This document shows, in pieces, positions 1-5,000 of a stretch of DNA of 5,442 nt. Made by a program: the position numbers and the translations under genes. The notes under the pieces were generated by a model. That model saw only the letters and a program-made list of their open reading frames with translations, was not told the DNA's origin and searched no databases. The DNA lies in assembly GCA_964354495.1 (NCBI GenBank), contig CAYHAA010000044.1, positions 1 to 5,442 on the forward strand, read 5' to 3'. The DNA is from an uncultured archaeon (lineage in GTDB: Archaea > Asgardarchaeota > Thorarchaeia > Thorarchaeales > Thorarchaeaceae). Within the stretch, counting starts at the first letter, position 1. Each line of letters opens with the position of its first letter.

Positions 1-1871
1 TGACCAAGAGCCTCACGTCTATAACGCACGCCCTCGATCATCATCCCCCACAGGTTAGCTGAAAGATTCCAGCTATGTCTTTGCATTCCTCCCTTTCCTT
101 GGAACGAACGAAGGTCTTCAAAGTAGATGGTCTTCACACCATGCTGTTCACAGAACCACACGGTCTCAGCGGCGATCTGATGGGAGATCTCCTTGTCTAG
201 GCGACGGACTTTCTGCCACACTGACTCCAGCTCCTGTTCCTTCTTGAGGATGATAGCTGGAGGCTGCTGCCTAGCATGTTTCTTCTCCCAGTTGTTGCGC
301 TTTCTCGCAATCTGTGACATTAGAACTCTGGTTTCTTGTCGCAATCTCTCTCGCTTTTCAAATAGCTCCTGTCTTCCTATCATGGTCTCCTCGTAGGTAC
401 CATCCCCATTCTTGATGGATACTACCATCGAGTGCCTGAGTCCCCTGTCAACACCAGCCCTTCTCTTTCGGGTAGATAGCACTGGAAGGGTGGTCTTCAG
501 TAGGTCCTCATCAGGGGACATGAAGGGTATGTTCAAGGTGACTCTCTTTCCTTCAATCTTGACCAGTGGTGGTGCTGACCTTCTCGATTTCTTCAGCTCA
601 AATGCAATTTTCTTCAAATCGTGAATTCGAATCTCATTCTTCTCTGGTTGAACTCGTTCTCTAGCAAGCTCACGGGTGAACTGCTGAATCTTTATTGTAT
701 TCTCTAATTGGTTACTCATGTCCTCAAAACATGCAGCTCGATAGTCAAGCTGCATAGCTCGTTGGATATGACCTTGTGCTCTTGCTTCCTGTGCCTTTCT
801 CCTTGCTCTTGCAGCCTTTCTAGGAAGCCAGTTCAAGAATCTCAGTCGTACTGTCTGACTCTTGTATGGTGAAGGAGTATCTTGTTCATGACCTACTATT
901 CCCGGAGGGGTCTTGATGTAGAGAATGATCTCATCCTCTCTCTCTGGGTCTTGCTGGAACCAGTACCCCTGACCAGTGGTGTTCTCTGTAGAGGCTGCAA
1001 AGTCCACTGTATGTTTCTGGAAGGTTGGATTGATGAATGGAAATCCAATCTTTTTCCATGCTTTGACTTGCTCAATAATCAATGTCTGAGTTCTCAATCT
1101 ATCTGGAGATTTTTCATCTAGTAGCTCCCGAGTACTTCTCCGCTCATCTTTCTCTGGTGGATAAGCTTCACGTACCTTTGACCTCAGAGCACTCTTCACC
1201 TGTCGGCAGGCTGAGAGAGCATAGTGATAGGAACCATTAGACTTCTTCTCAATGGCGTCTTTTACTCTTCGAATGATGTCTGATGGAATCCTTCTATTCT
1301 TCATCAGTCGCATGAGTTGTTCATCATCAGATGCAAGGATGTCTAGTAGTGAATTCACGAGTCTTCGACGAGTATAGGTAGCAAGTATGATTCGAGCTGC
1401 GGTCTCAAGGGCGTTACGATATAGTCTTTCATATACAAGTTGTCCAAATTCGTTCTCAGGTTCCCATTTGAGCCGTTGTTCTTTTCGTAGGACCAGATAT
1501 ACCATTCCTCTACAATCATCTAGTTCTTCTCCCAGCATACTCAAATAAACAGAGTCAGCAAACGCCTTTTCCAAGATTAGATTCACTACTTTTCGATAGC
1601 TATTGAAACTCTGAGAGAGAACTGAAAAATCCAAATTGCTACATTTACGACCACTGAGTTCCCGAAGCATATCAGATGGAACAACAGTGGTTAAAGGTCT
1701 TCTATCCAGTCCCTTACGAGCTACAACTCTAGAGTACGAATTCAAGGCGAACTTTTGGACAAGAAGAGTCGATGATGGGTAACTTAAAATATCGTCCATT
1801 GTTTTTTGCGCTGGTTTTACATGAGTAGGAACCATCTGCTCGCGGGGACGACGCCGCGAATCTTTCTTCAT
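1..1871 (-). CDS. tnpB: Large TnpB/Cas12-like RuvC-domain RNA-guided endonuclease (3'-truncated by the window edge; >=623 aa)
   Basis: Manual translation gives a stop-free frame from ATG at 1871-1869 to the window edge: MKKDSRRRPREQMVPTH...RAGVDRGLRHSMVVSI...VWQKVRRLDKEISHQIAAETVWFCEQHGVKTIYFEDLRSFQG...LWGMMIEGVRYRREALG. RuvC-I GVDxG Asp is D475 (codon 449-447). A basic bridge-helix-like segment follows, then RuvC-II hhhEDL Glu E585 (119-117), then a Wxxh...hxY helix typical of TnpB/Cas12f. N-terminal TnpB-like motifs FNSYRKVVNLIL (aa 89-100) and GFPFINPTF (aa 276-284). GGTGA Shine-Dalgarno 7 nt upstream. The symbol is family-level only; TnpB versus Cas12 cannot be decided from this window. 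Confidence 0.88.
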   Translation of the reverse strand, partial: MKKDSRRRPREQMVPTHVKPAQKTMDDILSYPSSTLLVQKFALNSYSRVVARKGLDRRPLTTVVPSDMLRELSGRKCSNLDFSVLSQSFNSYRKVVNLILEKAFADSVYLSMLGEELDDCRGMVYLVLRKEQRLKWEPENEFGQLVYERLYRNALETAARIILATYTRRRLVNSLLDILASDDEQLMRLMKNRRIPSDIIRRVKDAIEKKSNGSYHYALSACRQVKSALRSKVREAYPPEKDERRSTRELLDEKSPDRLRTQTLIIEQVKAWKKIGFPFINPTFQKHTVDFAASTENTTGQGYWFQQDPEREDEIILYIKTPPGIVGHEQDTPSPYKSQTVRLRFLNWLPRKAARARRKAQEARAQGHIQRAMQLDYRAACFEDMSNQLENTIKIQQFTRELARERVQPEKNEIRIHDLKKIAFELKKSRRSAPPLVKIEGKRVTLNIPFMSPDEDLLKTTLPVLSTRKRRAGVDRGLRHSMVVSIKNGDGTYEETMIGRQELFEKRERLRQETRVLMSQIARKRNNWEKKHARQQPPAIILKKEQELESVWQKVRRLDKEISHQIAAETVWFCEQHGVKTIYFEDLRSFQGKGGMQRHSWNLSANLWGMMIEGVRYRREALG

Positions 1872-1878
1872 CGACACT

Positions 1879-1883
1879 TCACC
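1879..1883 (-). promoter_or_regulatory. Archaeal-type Shine-Dalgarno GGTGA for the TnpB/Cas12-like gene
   Basis: Plus-strand tcacc at 1879-1883 reads GGTGA on the minus strand, 7 nt upstream of ATG 1871. Confidence 0.6.
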
Positions 1884-1903
1884 AAAGTATTTTCTTGACC
1901 AGG

Positions 1904-1911
1904 ATATATAA
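1904..1911 (-). promoter_or_regulatory. Putative archaeal TATA box (TTATATAT) of the TnpB/Cas12-like gene
   Basis: Minus strand reads TTATATAT from 1911 to 1904, about 33-40 nt upstream of the ATG. This predicts a TSS near 1880-1885 and a very short leader. Confidence 0.55.
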
Positions 1912-1931
1912 GCCCATACTACGTATGGGCT
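1911..1931. repeat. Perfect 9-bp inverted repeat AGCCCATAC-tac-GTATGGGCT
   Basis: 1911-1919 agcccatac is the exact reverse complement of 1923-1931 gtatgggct, with a 3-nt spacer. The arms are GC-richer than the surrounding AT-rich spacer. Function (operator or IS-end hairpin) is unknown. Confidence 0.9.
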
Positions 1932-1933
1932 AC

Positions 1934-1941
1934 TTAATATA
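1934..1941 (+). promoter_or_regulatory. Possible plus-strand TATA box (TTAATATA), mirror of the minus-strand TATA across the palindrome
   Basis: TTAATATA lies directly right of the inverted repeat. It is >110 nt from the nearest plus-strand ATG, so it may be chance in AT-rich DNA. Confidence 0.3.
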
Positions 1942-2043
1942 CCAGAGTTAATGATTAGATGATTATTTGATACTCCAAAATGAATTAGATGGAGAAAATA
2001 ACCTAAGATAAGAAGACCACCCTAGAAATAATACTCCTAAAAT

Positions 2044-2057
2044 ACAAAGATAAATAT
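2044..2057 (+). promoter_or_regulatory. Possible BRE/TATA (acaaaga-TAAATAT) for a leaderless transcript starting at ATG 2083
   Basis: An A-rich BRE-like run is followed by TAAATAT at 2051-2057, 26-32 nt upstream of ATG 2083, typical archaeal leaderless spacing. No clear SD precedes either ATG. Confidence 0.35.
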
Positions 2058-5000
2058 GAAACTGCTGAGATATACTAGTGCGATGGCTCAATCAAGAGGA
2101 CGCCCAGTAAGACCAATACCTGTACACCCAGAGCGGGTGATATCGAGGGCAGTGAAGGCGGGACTCTCAGCCACCATCAGGCTACAACGAAATATTGTCA
2201 ATAAGAGGACAAAGAAATACTACGAACGTTCGTTCAATAACTGGAGTATCAGGCAACAGGTCTATCGAATCACAAAGGAACGAGGAACTCCAGATTTCTC
2301 TCACGTCAGTAAGGCAGAGGCCTCTATCAGAGATAACACACGACTGATGTTCTTTGAGAACGCAGCCAAGTATGGTTTTACTGAAGTCAGTAGACAGAAG
2401 AATGCAGACGATACCGTTTCTCCTCTCAACCAACGGTTCAATGCATGTGGTGCAGTTGTCCGAGAGAACTCCGAGATCATGTTCCCTTTCCCGGAACCAG
2501 TGAGTTTTGGGACACACACCAGACGACACGGTAAAGCCAGAAAGGAGTATAGACGCGCAGGATATGATGGGTCATCTTTTGCACCTCAGGTGATTCTTGC
2601 TCATCCAGACCTTCCCTCACTTGACTTTGGTGATGCTGTTCGTAGCCATAATGAGTATCTTTCGACCTTCTGTGCAATCCATGATGTTCCCGTGAAAGAA
2701 ACTACCAATTATAGTCACCTCTTCTACTTGCTGACTCGTCCATATCTGGAGCATCTCTATTCGGAGTTCAAGTGTGGCAAGGCCAACTTCCAGAAGGGCG
2801 TGAACTGGGCACTCCGCCAGGTCAAAGAGTTGATTCTTGAGGCGGGATATCAACCGACAATGTATAGTAAGCAGACGGTGACCAAGGAACGTGAGTTCGA
2901 AGAGTCAAAGAGTAAGGAGGAGAACAAGACCTTCTTAAAGAGAAATGAGAGAGCGGCAAGAGAGTTCTATGGGAATCATCCTGCAGTTGCTGAGCTTAGC
3001 AGGTTGAGGGGGATACTTGGGGATGATAAAGACACCATTGATGAGAAGAACAAGACTAGTGAAGAAGCCACGAAGGAAGATGATGATGGATTATTCACAT
3101 TACAGGATGTTGGATATATCAGGAATGAGGTGGCAAAGAGAGCACGAGTTGCTGGCTCGATTATGCACCGGAGAATAGCAGCTCTCTTCCCCAGCCCCTG
3201 GCATCTGAACGATGTCATTTTCTCAGGGGACAAGTACGCTCGTTCCTCTGACTATATCATCATCTCGGAGGTTCCCTTGCAGACATCATATGGAGCAGGT
3301 AAGGTGGACCTCATTCTCTGTGAGCGGACCATCAGTAATGATGGAAAGCAAGTCTTCTGGAGACCTGTCTTTGTCCTTGAGATCAAGACTCGGTTAGGAC
3401 AGAGCTGGTATGTTGATGCAAACTACAAGGAGTCAGAGGTCCGTCCTGATGGGAGTCCCCTTCAGCGAGTTGTCTGTGAGTTTCCACTCAGTGACTATCC
3501 CCTCAGTGACAATCTATGGGATGCCATTGTGAAGTCAACACCAAGCATTACTGCACAGAAACAGTTGGATGTCTATTGTCAAGCGCTCAGTGAGAATTAC
3601 AGAGATGGAACACAACAGGAATTGGGGCATATATTGAGGGGAGTTGTGGTCATTGAGTCCGCCTCTGACATTACTGAGATACGAAGAGTGCTGGAACAGC
3701 TCATTGTCCATGGATATGAGTCTGTGAAGAGTAGAGTCCGTAGGATTAAACGTACGGTCTTCACACCACCTGAGAGGGATAGTAGTCGTATCGCATTAGT
3801 CATGGATGGACAGCCTGGTCCTAATAGACAGGATGATGAGATGATTCAGGCTCCATGGGGTCCAGCCTACACTCCATTCAATGCCAAGAAGAAGACCAAG
3901 AGAGAGTTTCTGCTCTATGTTACTGGGCATTCTCCAACCTCTGCGGGACAGTCTGCGGCCTGGAACGCACGATATTACCATGGTCTACAGTTCCTGCATG
4001 AGATGAAGAAGACACAGGAGAATACTGAGTTTGTATGGGTCGATTTGGCAAGTCAGTTCAATGAACCTCGACTTGCAGAGGCACGCCTGCGTCTGCGACC
4101 ACGGGGGTATGCTGAGGAAGAGCTAGCCAAGGTCCAACCTGACCACATTCGAGAGTTCTTCGAGAGTATCAAGGTTAAGGGATACTTGGATGAAGTCTTG
4201 TCATTCCTGTACAGAGGCAGAGAAGTACCATCCTTTGAACTGAAGTTAAAGAAGAACAAGAGAAAGGTGATTGTTGTCACTGGGGCAGACACAATTCGTG
4301 ATGCCACTCCAACCTCTCATAGAACACGATTCTCTGAGCTCATAGACTATCTACTGAGTGGTCTTCCTGATGATGAAAAGACCACTATCGTGTGGTTCGA
4401 CGCTCCAGTCCCCTCTGTTGAGAAGTCTATTCCCTACTCAACCAGAGCTCTCAATCCCTACTATGATATATCCCCCTTGAGAGATGTGGTGACGGAGATA
4501 GTCTGGAATCTCCCAATTGCACCTAAAGGTGCTGTGCAACCCGAGAAGTGGGGACTCCCCATCATCGGTGATGCGCCCATGCATGATGATATCAGAGTCA
4601 TCATTAGACATTCTCCAACTGAGTTTCAGATAGAACTGATCCATGCTCCTCTCTTGCGAGGCTGGTCAAAGAGGTTCAGAAACAAGGGGACTGGGCGAAT
4701 CATCCGAGAACGAGAGTTGGATGATATAGTTCCTGATAAGACAGTACGGAATCGAATGAAGCTCCTCTCCCTGACCATGCTCCCTTGGCTGGTGAAACTC
4801 CAGTCAAACAAGACCCTAGTTGAGGACTCCATAGAGATCCTTCAAGAGCAATTCTCTCATCTAGAGAATGAGTTTCGCAGAGGAACGGAACCACTGGATA
4901 TTCTAAGGACTGTTCTTACTGAACCACCCTGCACCCCTCCCAGTTTGCTTGATTTAGTTAGATTCAGACTCCCAGCTGCCATGGATGCACTGTCCTATCA

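Noticed and set aside
560-981. 12-nt direct repeat tgaccagtggtg at 560-571 and 970-981
   Set aside because: About one 12-mer match is expected by chance in 5.4 kb, and the copies are in different reading frames within coding sequence.
1051-1055. Possible slippery/frameshift site at the T5 run (A5 on the minus strand)
   Set aside because: Recounting shows five bases and the frame stays open (W-K-K-I-G-F-P); no frameshift is needed.
193-1121. Plus-strand ORFs 193..396, 412..624 and 882..1121 from the ORF track
   Set aside because: They are antisense to the continuous TnpB/Cas12-like frame, are short, Ser/Leu/Phe/Cys-rich and motif-free, as expected for shadow ORFs.
1-1931. Calling the region a complete IS200/IS605 or IS607 element
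   Set aside because: No Y1 (HUH) or serine TnpA gene is visible, the right end is outside the window, and the protein is far larger than IS-type TnpB. The palindrome alone is insufficient.
1872-2021. Longer N-terminus for the minus-strand gene (frame is open upstream to a TAG at 2024-2022)
   Set aside because: There is no upstream ATG, only a GTG at 1877 that overlaps the SD spacing. The SD and TATA positions fit ATG 1871.
1942-2055. CRISPR array or mini-array in the intergenic spacer
   Set aside because: The repeats are only 12-13 nt, imperfect, of two different types and irregularly spaced; there are no 23-50-nt repeats with spacers.
3154-3660. Calling the plus-strand nuclease cas4
   Set aside because: The four Fe-S cysteines are missing, the domain is embedded in a >1100-aa protein, and no cas1/cas2 is in the window.
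3919-3954. Active P-loop ATPase/helicase in the large protein
   Set aside because: There is no GxxxxGK[ST] (it reads GHSPTSAGQS), no acidic Walker B at the expected position and no SF1/SF2 helicase motifs.
2182-4894. All minus-strand ORFs between 2182 and 4894 and the plus-strand ORF 3212..3397
   Set aside because: They lie wholly inside the 1129-codon plus-strand frame, antisense or out of frame, and have no recognisable motifs.
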